Below, piece after piece: positions 41,407 through 54,457 of a stretch of DNA of 64,000 nucleotides. Made by a program: the position numbers and the translations under genes. The DNA is taken from NCBI GenBank assembly GCA_002897735.1, contig BDTW01000021.1, forward strand, positions 70,813-134,812. The letters run 5' to 3'. The number at the start of each line of letters is the position of its first letter. Position 1 is the stretch's first letter. The DNA is from a bacterium BMS3Bbin13. Lineage in GTDB: Bacteria; Pseudomonadota; Gammaproteobacteria; 21-64-14. The notes beneath the pieces were generated by a model. It had not been told where the DNA came from. It worked only from the letters and a program-made list of their open reading frames with translations, and ran no database searches.

Positions 41407-42338
41407 GGTGCGTGCTTCCGCCGCTCACTGTCGCCGATCAGGTGCATGAAGAGCTGCTCGAGGCGGTTGGCCTTGTTGCGCATGCTGAGCACCTCGATAC
41501 CGAGGTGCGACAGGGCGGCGAACAGTGCGTTGATCCCTTCCCGCTTGTGGATCTCGACCTCCAGGGTGATCTCGTCCACCAGGCGCACCGCCTGCCCGGA
41601 GATCCGCGGCGGCTCGCCGAGCGGGCTCGCGATGTCCAGGAGGAAGGTCTCGGTGTCGAGGCGGCTCAGCAACTGCTTCATGCCGGTATTCTCCACCAGC
41701 TCGCCCCGGTTGATGATGGCGATGTGCCGGCACAGGCTTTCGGCTTCCTCGAGGTAGTGCGTCGTGAGGATGATCGTGGTTCCCTGCCCGTTGATGCGCC
41801 GGAGGAAGTCCCACATGGAACGGCGCAGCTCTATATCCACGCCGGCGGTGGGCTCGTCCAGGATCAGCAGCTCCGGCTCGTGCATGAGCGCGCGCGCGAT
41901 CATCAACCGTCGTTTCATGCCGCCGGACAGATTGCGCGCCGTCGTATGCCGCTTTTCCCAGATCCCCAATTGGTGCAGGACCTCTTCGGCCCTGGAAAAT
42001 GCACGCCGCCGGGCCATGCCGTAGTAGCCCGCCTGGTTGACGAGCACCTCGATGACCGGCTCGAATACCGGGAAATTGAACTCCTGCGGCACCAGCCCGA
42101 TGTGGGTGCGTGCATCCTCGAAGTCGGTGTCGATATCCTTGTCGAAGATGTAGACCTTGCCCGAGGTCTTGTTCACCAGCGAACTCGTGATCCCGATAAG
42201 GGTCGTCTTGCCCGCGCCGTTGGGTCCCAGGAGCGCGAAGAAATCGCCGCGCTCCACGTCGAGGTCCACGCCCCTGAGGGCGCGGTGACCGTCGGCGTAG
42301 GTCTTCGTGAGACCGCGTACGCGGAGTGCCATGGACAT
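41403..42338 (-). CDS. ABC transporter ATP-binding protein (YadG/NodI-like)
   Basis: Walker A (GPNGAGKTT), the ABC signature (LSGGMKRRL) and Walker B (LLILDEPT). Confidence 0.9.
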   Translation of the reverse strand: MSMALRVRGLTKTYADGHRALRGVDLDVERGDFFALLGPNGAGKTTLIGITSSLVNKTSGKVYIFDKDIDTDFEDARTHIGLVPQEFNFPVFEPVIEVLVNQAGYYGMARRRAFSRAEEVLHQLGIWEKRHTTARNLSGGMKRRLMIARALMHEPELLILDEPTAGVDIELRRSMWDFLRRINGQGTTIILTTHYLEEAESLCRHIAIINRGELVENTGMKQLLSRLDTETFLLDIASPLGEPPRISGQAVRLVDEITLEVEIHKREGINALFAALSHLGIEVLSMRNKANRLEQLFMHLIGDSERRKHAP

Positions 42339-42537
42339 GGGGAGGATCCGGGGCCGCCGGCCGGCAGGCAGGCGCGGCGCAATGTTTCATTCTACCACGG
42401 CCGCCGCGCGGCGCGCGCTTTCCGCACGGCCCGCGAGGTCGCCAAGGAGGCCCCGGTAGGCCGATCTTTCGGCGCAGGTTCGCTTCGAGGGGGGGCGGGC
42501 CGGGGTGGGGGCGGTGTCGTCGACCCCGCCGGCCGCC

Positions 42538-44346
42538 TCAGTAGCGGCGCACGGTCCCGCGCCGGTTCATCGCCGCGTCGTGCTTCGTGGTGTCCGCGTT
42601 GCGCGGTTGCGGGTCCGGGTTCTCGGCGATCCAGTTGCCGATGGCGAGGTAGTCGAGGTGGCCGAGCCGGAAGGCCCGGATCGCGTCGTAGGGCGTACAC
42701 ACGATCGGTTCTTCGTGCATGTTGAAGCTGGTGTTGATCAGACAGGGCAGGCCGGTCAGTTCGCGGTACCGGGACAGGATGCGATACAGGCCGGGATTGT
42801 CCCGCTCGTCGACGAGTTGCGGGCGCGCCGTGTTGTCGACGTGGACGACGCCGGGGCAGCTCTTCGCCATCCAGTCGGTGCAGTTGAACGTGATGGTCAT
42901 GAACCGCGCCGTGTCCTCGGCGCCCTCGAGGCCGGTGAAGCACTGCGCGCCGTGTTCGGCCATAACGGCCGGCGCGAACGGCATGAACTCGGTCCGTTGC
43001 AGCGCCGCGTTCAACCAGAAGTGCACCGAGGGGTCGGTGGTCGGATACAGGATGGTGCGGTTGCCGAGCGCCCGCGGACCGTATTCCATGCGCCCGCTGA
43101 AACGCGCCACCACGTTGTTGCCGGCGAGCAGCCGGGCGATCTCGGAGTCGACGTCATCGTGGCGACTCGCCTGCACGCCGCTGCGATCGAGTTCCCGGCG
43201 GATCTCGCCGTCGTCGTATTCCGGTCCGAGGTACACGTGCGGCATGGTCGGGAATGCGGGGTCGTAGCCGCGGCCCGAGAGTTCATGATACAGGCCGAGG
43301 GACGCACCCACCGGCATCCCCTCGTCGGACATGCCGGGATGCACGAACACGGAATCGACCTCGGGCATTTCATGGATGCGCTGATTGATCTTGACGTTGG
43401 CGCACACTCCTCCGGCCAGCGCCACGTTGCGCCGCCCGGTTCGGGCGAGCCAGTACCGCACGAGACCGACGACCAGTTCCTCGGAATAGTCCTGGATGCT
43501 CGCGGCCAGATCCTTGTGGCTGAAATCCGGCGGAAGCAGTCGTTGAAGTTCACGCAGGGCGGATAGAAAGAACACGTTGGCGACGTTGCGAAAGCGTCCC
43601 TCTTCAAGGACCAGGATCCGGCGCAGGATCGGAACGTAGCGCGGCGTGCCGTTGGCCGCCAGGCCCGTGATCTTGCCTTCGTGACGACCCGCCTTGAAGC
43701 CGCAGATCTGGGTGACGTAGGAATAGAAGGTCCCGAGCGAGTCGAAGCTCGGGATCGCACACAGCTCCGTGAACCGCCCGTCCACGACGTCGTAGACCTT
43801 TCCGCAGTTCCCGTCCCCGCCGCCGTCGATCGAGAATACGGCGGCATCCCGATAACCGCCGGTATAGTAGGCGGAGGTTGCGTGGCAGTAGTGGTGATCG
43901 AGGAAGCGTATCGGGCAGCGGAACCCGAACTCCTCGCGCAGGATCCGCTCAAGCCCCCTTCGCCGCGCGGCGAAGGCCGGTTGCCGCACGGCGTAGTAGA
44001 TCCTGTCGAGTCCCGGCACCCGGTTGCGCAGTTTGCTGACGTTCGAGGCGACCTCGAAGAGGTAGCGCTTGTACTTGCTGCGCCTGAGGCCGAACCAGCC
44101 GTCCTTGAAGTCCACATAGCCGTCGATGAGGTGCTGGTTGCGGGTCGCCACCGCGACGGCGTCGACGTCGCCGGGCTCGAGTCCGTGGTATTTCAGGAGC
44201 GCGCGGATCGACTCGCGCGGCACCCCGAACACCATCTTTTCCCGGATCAGGCGCTCATCGGTGATGGCGCCGATCAGTTCTCCGTCGCGCACCAGCGCCG
44301 AGCCGCAGCTTATATGGTCACCGATCCCAAGCACGTGCATCCTCAC
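42538..44346 (-). CDS. Carbamoyltransferase, NodU/CmcH family
   Basis: The N-terminal Kae1/YgjD-like domain (MHVLGIGDHISCGSALVRDGELIGAITDERL…) and the C-terminal carbamoyltransferase domain (…CLINTSFNMHEEPIV…); 602 aa. Confidence 0.85.
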   Translation of the reverse strand: MRMHVLGIGDHISCGSALVRDGELIGAITDERLIREKMVFGVPRESIRALLKYHGLEPGDVDAVAVATRNQHLIDGYVDFKDGWFGLRRSKYKRYLFEVASNVSKLRNRVPGLDRIYYAVRQPAFAARRRGLERILREEFGFRCPIRFLDHHYCHATSAYYTGGYRDAAVFSIDGGGDGNCGKVYDVVDGRFTELCAIPSFDSLGTFYSYVTQICGFKAGRHEGKITGLAANGTPRYVPILRRILVLEEGRFRNVANVFFLSALRELQRLLPPDFSHKDLAASIQDYSEELVVGLVRYWLARTGRRNVALAGGVCANVKINQRIHEMPEVDSVFVHPGMSDEGMPVGASLGLYHELSGRGYDPAFPTMPHVYLGPEYDDGEIRRELDRSGVQASRHDDVDSEIARLLAGNNVVARFSGRMEYGPRALGNRTILYPTTDPSVHFWLNAALQRTEFMPFAPAVMAEHGAQCFTGLEGAEDTARFMTITFNCTDWMAKSCPGVVHVDNTARPQLVDERDNPGLYRILSRYRELTGLPCLINTSFNMHEEPIVCTPYDAIRAFRLGHLDYLAIGNWIAENPDPQPRNADTTKHDAAMNRRGTVRRY

Positions 44347-44595
44347 CCCCCCTGCCCAGAATGGCGCTTACTGGGAACTCCGGCCGTTGAAGCCGGCCCG
44401 AGCCGTGTTGGGTTGAGCCACGGAACGCACGGAACGCACGGAAAGGCCACGCCTTCGTCCGTGGACATTTTTTACCCTACGGGCCAAAGAACCAGCCGCG
44501 GTCACCGCCGCTATCGGCCGCCCCCCCTTGATCCCTTGCCGACGGCCCCTTCACCAGCCTTGCCCAATCACCCCGGCCCGTCAAGGGCCGGGGAC

Positions 44596-48270
<3,675 letters not shown>

Positions 48271-48363
48271 AGGCGGGAGGGGAAGCGGTGTGTCGGGCTC
48301 GTTCGCCGCGGGTCGCCGGATCGGCTTCACGTCCGGCTCGAGGCACGCCACTATACCATGGGT

Positions 48364-48387
48364 CGTTTCCGCCCCGGGGCGGAAACG
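48364..48387. promoter_or_regulatory. 24-bp perfect palindrome in the divergent metH-ccmA intergenic region
   Basis: CGTTTCCGCCCCGGGGCGGAAACG is its own reverse complement. It is followed by a second inverted repeat, GGATCgtttcggGATCC. Confidence 0.4.
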
Positions 48388-48513
48388 GATCGTTTCGGGA
48401 TCCGCATCGCGGCGTCCGGGAACGGGGTTCATGTTACACTGTGCCGCCCCGGGCGGCGTCCATGCATCTGGCTGCATCTGGCGACGGCGGGAACCGTTGC
48501 GGACAAAGCCACC

Positions 48514-49173
48514 GTGGATGACAGACCTGAGATCGCGGCGCTTGCGCGGCGTGCCCCCCGCCTGGAGGCGCGCGCGCTGGAGTGCGTGCGTAACGATCGC
48601 GTCCTGTTTCACGATCTGGACGCCGCCCTGGAGCCGGGGCAGGTCCTGCAGGTCGAAGGTCCCAACGGTTGCGGAAAGACCAGCCTGTTGCGGATCCTGT
48701 GCGGTCTGAGCCTGCCCGGCGCCGGCGAGGTATATTGGGGCGATGCCCCGCTCCCGGAGGTGCGCGCCGAGTACTACGAGGCCCTCGCCTATGTCGGCCA
48801 TCGGCACGGGGTCAAGGGGGAGTTGACACCGATAGAGAATCTGCGCTTTCATCGGGCGCTCGCGGGCGGGACACCCGACCGGGTCCCGGGCGACGCCTTG
48901 GCGCACCTCGGCCTGGAGGGCTTCGAGGACGTTCCGTGCCGCACCCTCTCCGAGGGACAGCGCCGGCGCGTGGCGCTGGCGCGGCTGCTCATGACCCGGC
49001 GACCGCTATGGATTCTGGACGAACCCCTGACGGCCCTGGACCGCTCCGGCGTGGCGGTGGTGGAAGGGCTGATTCGGGATCACGCCCGATCGGGGGGCAT
49101 GGTAATGATCACTACTCACCAGGCGATCCGGCTCGAGGGCTGCGTGCTCGGCCGGTTGCGGCTCGGCGGGTGA
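48514..49173 (+). CDS. ccmA: Cytochrome c biogenesis heme exporter ATP-binding protein CcmA
   Basis: …[46 protein letters not shown]…[14 protein letters not shown]…LWILDEP… is colinear with E. coli CcmA. A GTG start at 48514 is assumed. Confidence 0.85.
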   Translation: MDDRPEIAALARRAPRLEARALECVRNDRVLFHDLDAALEPGQVLQVEGPNGCGKTSLLRILCGLSLPGAGEVYWGDAPLPEVRAEYYEALAYVGHRHGVKGELTPIENLRFHRALAGGTPDRVPGDALAHLGLEGFEDVPCRTLSEGQRRRVALARLLMTRRPLWILDEPLTALDRSGVAVVEGLIRDHARSGGMVMITTHQAIRLEGCVLGRLRLGG

Positions 49174-49853
49174 GCGGGACCGGTCCACTGGGTGCGGCGG
49201 GGGCGGTCCTTCGGCGCGACCTCACCCTTTTCTTCCGGCACCGCTCCGACATCATCAATCCCCTGTTGTTTTTCATCATTGTGGTGACGCTCGTGCCCCT
49301 GGGTGTGGGTCCCGAGGAGTCCACCCTGCGCGTCATGGCGCCCGGCGTGGTTTGGGTGGCCGCGCTCCTGGCGGCGATGCTGTCGCTGGAGGGGATCTTC
49401 CGATCGGACTTCGACGACGGTTCGTTGGAGCAACTGGTGATCAGCCCGCAGCCGCTCGCGCTGCTGGTCCTCGCCAAGGTCTTCGCGCACTGGTTGGTGA
49501 GCGGGCTGCCGCTGGTAGTGCTCGGGCCGGTGCTGGGCGCCTCGCTGTTTCTTCCGGATCGGGCGATGGGCACCCTGGTGCTCAGCCTGCTGCTCGGGAC
49601 GCCGATCCTGAGCCTGATCGGCGCCATCGGGGTGGCGCTGACGGTGGGGGTGCAGCGCGGCGGCGTGCTGCTGTCCCTCCTGGTGCTGCCCCTGTACATC
49701 CCGGTGCTGATCTTCGGGGCCAGTGCGGTGAGCAGCGCCGCGGCCGGCCTGCCGGTGATCGGTCCGCTGGCCCTGCTCGGAGCGCTGCTGGCCCTGGCGC
49801 TCACCCTGGCGCCGCTCGGGGCCGCCGCGGCGCTGCGTATCAGCCTGAGTTGA
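49170..49853 (+). CDS. ccmB: Heme exporter protein CcmB
   Basis: LRRDLTLFFRHRSDIINPLLFFIIVVTLVPLGVGPE… is a canonical CcmB. A GTG start overlaps the ccmA stop. Confidence 0.85.
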   Translation: MSGTGPLGAAGAVLRRDLTLFFRHRSDIINPLLFFIIVVTLVPLGVGPEESTLRVMAPGVVWVAALLAAMLSLEGIFRSDFDDGSLEQLVISPQPLALLVLAKVFAHWLVSGLPLVVLGPVLGASLFLPDRAMGTLVLSLLLGTPILSLIGAIGVALTVGVQRGGVLLSLLVLPLYIPVLIFGASAVSSAAAGLPVIGPLALLGALLALALTLAPLGAAAALRISLS

Positions 49854-49968
49854 AGTCGGGAACGGCCGGCGGTTAATCTGGGTCAACGATTTATTCGATC
49901 GGTATGGGACAATCGGCCCGATTGGTGGTCACACTTCTTGGCCCGGTGTAGAGCGGAGTTCGGAACGC

Positions 49969-50760
49969 ATGAAGAGGGTGCAACGCGGCGAGGTGGCGAT
50001 CCCCACCTCAATCACGCGAAGACTGTGGGCATTTTTCCACAGGCTCGCGTCGCCGCGCTATTTCTACGAACTGGCGGGGAAGCTGGTCCCGTGGCTCGGC
50101 TGGGGTACGGTGCTGCTCCTGGCGGCGGGTCTGTACGGCGGGCTGTGGTTTGCGCCGGCCGACTACCAGCAGGGCGACGCCTATCGGATCATCTTCATCC
50201 ACGTGCCGGCGGCCTGGATGTCGCTGTTCGTTTATGTGCTGATGGCGGGGGCCGGCTTCATCGGACTGGTGTGGCGGATCAAGATAGCGGATGTGGTCGC
50301 CAAGACCTGTGCGCCGATCGGCGCCTCGTTCGCCTTCCTGACGCTGTGCACCGGCTCGCTATGGGGCAAGCCCATGTGGGGCACCTATTGGGTGTGGGAT
50401 GCACGCCTGACCTCGGAATTGATCCTGCTGTTCCTGTACCTGGGCTACATCGCGCTGGAGTCGGCCATCGAGGACCGCCGCACGGCGGCACGGGCCTCTT
50501 CGGTACTGGCCCTGGTGGGGGTGGTGAATATTCCCATCATCCACTATTCCGTCGACTGGTGGCATACCCTCCATCAGGGACCGACGGTGTTCAAGCTGGG
50601 CGGGCCCTCGATCAGTCTGGATATGCTGGTACCCTTATTACTCATGACCCTGGCGTTCAAACTGTTCTTCTTCACGATGCTCCTGGTGCGCGCGCGCACC
50701 GAGGTGCTCGAGCGGGAAGCCAACAGCGCCTGGGTTCGGGAGACGGTGACGAGCCAATGA
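49969..50760 (+). CDS. ccmC: Heme exporter protein CcmC
   Basis: [19 protein letters not shown]… and the WWHTLHQG (WWD-type) heme-handling motif. Confidence 0.9.
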   Translation: MKRVQRGEVAIPTSITRRLWAFFHRLASPRYFYELAGKLVPWLGWGTVLLLAAGLYGGLWFAPADYQQGDAYRIIFIHVPAAWMSLFVYVLMAGAGFIGLVWRIKIADVVAKTCAPIGASFAFLTLCTGSLWGKPMWGTYWVWDARLTSELILLFLYLGYIALESAIEDRRTAARASSVLALVGVVNIPIIHYSVDWWHTLHQGPTVFKLGGPSISLDMLVPLLLMTLAFKLFFFTMLLVRARTEVLEREANSAWVRETVTSQ

Positions 50761-50924
50761 CCTCCTTTCACGAATTCATCCACATGGGCGGCTTCGCCTT
50801 CTATGTGTGGACGTCCTACGCGATCTTCGCCTTGATATTCGCGTGGAACGTGTTCCAGCCATTGTTCCACCAGCGGCGTGTGCGCGAACGGCTCGCGCGC
50901 CGTTCACGGGGGATGCCGCGATGA
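50757..50924 (+). CDS. ccmD: Heme exporter protein CcmD
   Basis: [35 protein letters not shown]… is a small single-TM protein. Its start overlaps the ccmC stop (ATGA). Confidence 0.75.
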   Translation: MTSFHEFIHMGGFAFYVWTSYAIFALIFAWNVFQPLFHQRRVRERLARRSRGMPR

Positions 50925-51421
50925 CTCCGACGCGCCGCCGCCGCCTCATCTTCGCCGTGCTCCTGATCGGGGGTATCGGCACCGCCGTCGCGCTCGGCGC
51001 CTATGCATTCCGCCAGAACCTATTCTACTTTTATAGTCCGACCCAGGTCGCCGAGGGCGATGCCCCGCCCAACCATCCGTTCCGGATCGGCGGGCTGGTC
51101 GAGAAGGGCAGCCTGAAGCGCAACGGGATGACGGTGCATTTCATGGTCACCGATACCGCCAAGAGTGTCCCCGTGGTGTACACGGGGATCCTTCCGGACC
51201 TGTTCCGCGAGGGCCAGGGCATCGTGGCTGAGGGGCACCTGAACCGATCCGGGGTGTTCGTGGCGAGCCGGGTGTTGGCCAAGCACGATTCCACCTACAT
51301 GCCGCCCGAAGTGGCTCGCGCACTCAAGCGGGCGCACGCGCGCGAGGCGGCGGCGGCTCGCACGAAGGCCGCGGAAGCGGGGGCGGCTCGCACGAAGGCC
51401 GCGGAGGCGGGGGCCCGGTGA
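50921..51421 (+). CDS. ccmE: Cytochrome c-type biogenesis heme chaperone CcmE, with a C-terminal 11-aa tandem duplication
   Basis: A TM anchor, the OB-fold and the heme-binding region around H-x-x-x-Y ([13 protein letters not shown]). The C-terminus [22 protein letters not shown] is encoded by a 33-bp direct repeat at about 51350-51415. Confidence 0.88.
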   Translation: MTPTRRRRLIFAVLLIGGIGTAVALGAYAFRQNLFYFYSPTQVAEGDAPPNHPFRIGGLVEKGSLKRNGMTVHFMVTDTAKSVPVVYTGILPDLFREGQGIVAEGHLNRSGVFVASRVLAKHDSTYMPPEVARALKRAHAREAAAARTKAAEAGAARTKAAEAGAR

Positions 51422-53424
51422 TACCGGAGGTCGGTCAGTTCGCCCTGATGCTGGCGCTGGGCCTGGCTCTCGTGCAGGCGACCCTGCCCCTGCTCGGGGC
51501 GTGGCGCGGGGTCCCGGAGTGGATCGCCGTGGCGCGTCCGGCGGCGCGTGCGCAGTCCCTGTTCGTGCTGCTCGCGTTGCTGTGTCTGACGTATGCCTTC
51601 CTCACCAATGACTTCTCCGTGGCCTACGTGGCGGAGAATTCCAACACCGCGCTGCCGTGGTTCTACCGCATCGGCGCCGTGTGGGGGGCTCACGAGGGTT
51701 CTCTGCTGCTGTGGGCGAGCATCCTGTCGGTCTGGACGCTGGTGGTGACCTTCCGCAGCCGCAGCCTGCCGCCGGATTTCACCGCCCGCGTGCTCGGCGT
51801 GATGGGGTGGGTGAGCGTCGGGTTCCTCCTGTTCATGCTGATAGCCTCGAATCCCTTCACGCGCATGTTCCCGGTGCCGTTGAACGGGCGCGACCTCAAT
51901 CCGCTGCTCCAGAATCCGGGTCTGGTGTTGCACCCGCCCCTGCTCTACATGGGCTACGTGGGGTTCGTAGTACCCTTCGCCTTCGCGATCTCGGCGCTGC
52001 TCGACGGGCGCCTCGATGCCGCGTGGGCGCGGTGGTCGCGCCCGTGGACCACCGCGGCGTGGCTGTTCCTCACGCTCGGTATCGCGGTCGGGAGCTGGTG
52101 GTCCTACTCGGTCCTGGGCTGGGGCGGCTGGTGGTTCTGGGACCCGGTGGAAAACGCCTCGTTCATGCCGTGGCTGGTGGGTACCGCGCTGATCCATTCC
52201 CTGGCCGTCACCGACAAGCGCGGCGCGTTCAAGAGTTGGACGGTGCTGCTCGCGATCTTCGCGTTCTCGCTGAGCCTGCTCGGCACGTTCCTGGTGCGCT
52301 CCGGGGTGCTGGTTTCGGTGCACGCCTTCGCGACCGACCCGCGGCGTGGAATCTTCATCCTGATGTTTCTCGCCGTGGTGGTCGGCCTGTCGCTGCTGCT
52401 CTACGCCTGGCGGGCCCCGACGGTGAAGGGCGGCGGGAACTTCCACGTGCTCTCGCGCGAGACGCTGCTGCTGGTCAACAACGTCCTGCTGATCTCGGCC
52501 GCCTTCGCGGTACTGCTCGGCACCCTGTATCCGCTGATCCTCGAAGGCATGGCGGTGGGCAAGATCTCCGTGGGGCCGCCCTACTTCAACACGGTCTTCG
52601 TCCCCCTTACCCTGCCGATCGTGTTCCTGGCGGCGATCGGCGCCGGGGTGCGCTGGAAGCAGCAGAAATTGCGGCCCCTGCTCCGATACCTGTGGCCGCC
52701 GTTCGTGGTGTGCCTCGCGGCCGGCATCGGGTTCTCCATCTGGTACACCGGGGAGGTGCGGGCGCTGGTGATCGTCGCCGTGGTGTCGGCGTTCTGGGTG
52801 ATGCTGCTCTCGGCGCGTGACATCTGGGGCCGGATCCGCCGCAACCTCGCCGGCGCCAACCGCTGGTACCGTGTCCCGCGCCACGTCCTCGGCATGACGC
52901 TCGCACACTTCGGCCTCGGTGTGTTCGTCCTCGGTGTGACTCTGGCCGGGACCGGCAGCATGGAGAAGGACGTGAACATGGCGCCCGGCGATTCCGTGTC
53001 CCTGGCCGGCTACACCTTCCGCTTCGAGGGCGTGACGAAACTTCGAGGCCCCAATTACACGGCCACGCAGGGCGCGGTCTCGGTGTCCCGCGACGGGCAT
53101 CGTGTGGCGTTGTTGCATCCGCAGAAGCGCGTCTACATCGTGCAGACCAGCCCGATGACCGAAGCGGGTATTCAGTCGGGCCTGTTCCGTGATCTCTATG
53201 TATCGCTGGGTGATCCGACCGGTGGCGGCGCCTGGGCGATGCGCATCTACTACAAGCCGATGGTGCGCTGGATCTGGTTGGGCGCATTGTTCATGGCGCT
53301 GGGCGGCCTCGTGGCCGCGCTCGACCGGCGCTACCGCCTGACGGTGGCGCGCGGCGCGGCGCCCGCGCCGCGAACACCGGTGCCTCCGGCGCACCCGGTC
53401 CCGGTTTCTCCAGGCAACCCCTGA
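51418..53424 (+). CDS. ccmF: Cytochrome c-type biogenesis protein CcmF
   Basis: A large polytopic protein with a WWD-type motif region ([16 protein letters not shown]); 668 aa. Confidence 0.92.
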   Translation: MIPEVGQFALMLALGLALVQATLPLLGAWRGVPEWIAVARPAARAQSLFVLLALLCLTYAFLTNDFSVAYVAENSNTALPWFYRIGAVWGAHEGSLLLWASILSVWTLVVTFRSRSLPPDFTARVLGVMGWVSVGFLLFMLIASNPFTRMFPVPLNGRDLNPLLQNPGLVLHPPLLYMGYVGFVVPFAFAISALLDGRLDAAWARWSRPWTTAAWLFLTLGIAVGSWWSYSVLGWGGWWFWDPVENASFMPWLVGTALIHSLAVTDKRGAFKSWTVLLAIFAFSLSLLGTFLVRSGVLVSVHAFATDPRRGIFILMFLAVVVGLSLLLYAWRAPTVKGGGNFHVLSRETLLLVNNVLLISAAFAVLLGTLYPLILEGMAVGKISVGPPYFNTVFVPLTLPIVFLAAIGAGVRWKQQKLRPLLRYLWPPFVVCLAAGIGFSIWYTGEVRALVIVAVVSAFWVMLLSARDIWGRIRRNLAGANRWYRVPRHVLGMTLAHFGLGVFVLGVTLAGTGSMEKDVNMAPGDSVSLAGYTFRFEGVTKLRGPNYTATQGAVSVSRDGHRVALLHPQKRVYIVQTSPMTEAGIQSGLFRDLYVSLGDPTGGGAWAMRIYYKPMVRWIWLGALFMALGGLVAALDRRYRLTVARGAAPAPRTPVPPAHPVPVSPGNP

Positions 53425-53960
53425 TGGTTCGTTATCTGGTTTCTTTCGGCCTCTTCGCGATACTGGTGGCGCTGCTCGCGGTCGGGCTGGGCCACGACCC
53501 GCGGCGCATCCCGTCGCCGTTGATCGGAAAACCGGCGCCGCAGTTCAGCCTGCCGGAATTGGCGCACCCGGAGCGGACCTTGAGCCGCAAGGATCTGCTC
53601 GGCAAGGTGACGTTGTTCAACGTGTGGGCCTCCTGGTGCGTCTCGTGCCGCGACGAGATGCGCGTGCTCGATGCGCTGGCCAAGAGCGGCGTGGTCCCGA
53701 TCTACGGACTCAACTACAAGGATCATCGCACGGCGGCGCTGGAATGGCTCAAGGCCTTCGGCAACCCCTACGTCGTCAATGCCTTCGACCAGGCCGGACG
53801 TGTGGCGATCAACTGGGGCGTCTACGGCGTGCCGGAGACCTTCGTGGTCGACGCCAAGGGCATCATCCGCTACAAGCAGATCGGCCCGATCACGCCGTAC
53901 GCGCTGAACCGGAAGATCCTGCCGCTGGTGCGTCGACTCCAGGAGGAGGCACGCCGATGA
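53424..53960 (+). CDS. ccmG: Thiol:disulfide interchange protein DsbE/CcmG
   Basis: A TM anchor plus the thioredoxin fold, with WASWCVSCRDE (WCxxC) and GVYGVPETF. Confidence 0.92.
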   Translation: MVRYLVSFGLFAILVALLAVGLGHDPRRIPSPLIGKPAPQFSLPELAHPERTLSRKDLLGKVTLFNVWASWCVSCRDEMRVLDALAKSGVVPIYGLNYKDHRTAALEWLKAFGNPYVVNAFDQAGRVAINWGVYGVPETFVVDAKGIIRYKQIGPITPYALNRKILPLVRRLQEEARR

Positions 53961-54457
53961 GGCGCCTTTATCCCTTGCTGCTGCTGTTGCTGCTCATGCC
54001 CGCAGTGCCCGCGGTGCGCGCGGCGTCGCCCGCCGCCGCGCCGACGGTGCCGACCTCCGGGTTCACGAATCCGCGGGAGGATGCCCGCTACCACGCGCTG
54101 CTCAAGAACCTGCGTTGTCTGGTGTGCCAGAACGAATCGCTGCAGGACTCGCAGGCGGGACTGGCCAAGGACCTGCGCCGGGAAGTCCGCGACCAGATGC
54201 GTCAGGGCAAGAGCAACCGCGACATCGTCAGGTACTTGGTGGCCCGCTACGGGGACTTCGTGCTATACCGCCCGCCGCTGATGCACAGCACCTATCTGCT
54301 GTGGTTCGGTCCGTTCATCGGCCTGCTCATCGGCATCGTGGTGCTCGTCGCGCTGGTGCGCAAACGTGCCCGTGCCCCCGACGGCGAACCTCCGCCGGAC
54401 GGCGCGCGCAAGCGGCTCGTCGAATTGTTGCGTGATCGGGAGGGGCCGAAGACGTGA
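53957..54457 (+). CDS. ccmH: Cytochrome c-type biogenesis protein CcmH
   Basis: A signal peptide, the LRCLVCQNESL (LRCxxC) motif, and a C-terminal TM helix. Confidence 0.88.
   Translation: MRRLYPLLLLLLLMPAVPAVRAASPAAAPTVPTSGFTNPREDARYHALLKNLRCLVCQNESLQDSQAGLAKDLRREVRDQMRQGKSNRDIVRYLVARYGDFVLYRPPLMHSTYLLWFGPFIGLLIGIVVLVALVRKRARAPDGEPPPDGARKRLVELLRDREGPKT

Noticed and set aside
48271-48513. A riboswitch (SAM, SAH or cobalamin) in the metH leader.
   Set aside because: No B12 box, SAM-I/II or SAH-riboswitch consensus elements were recognisable by eye. Only the palindromes were noted.
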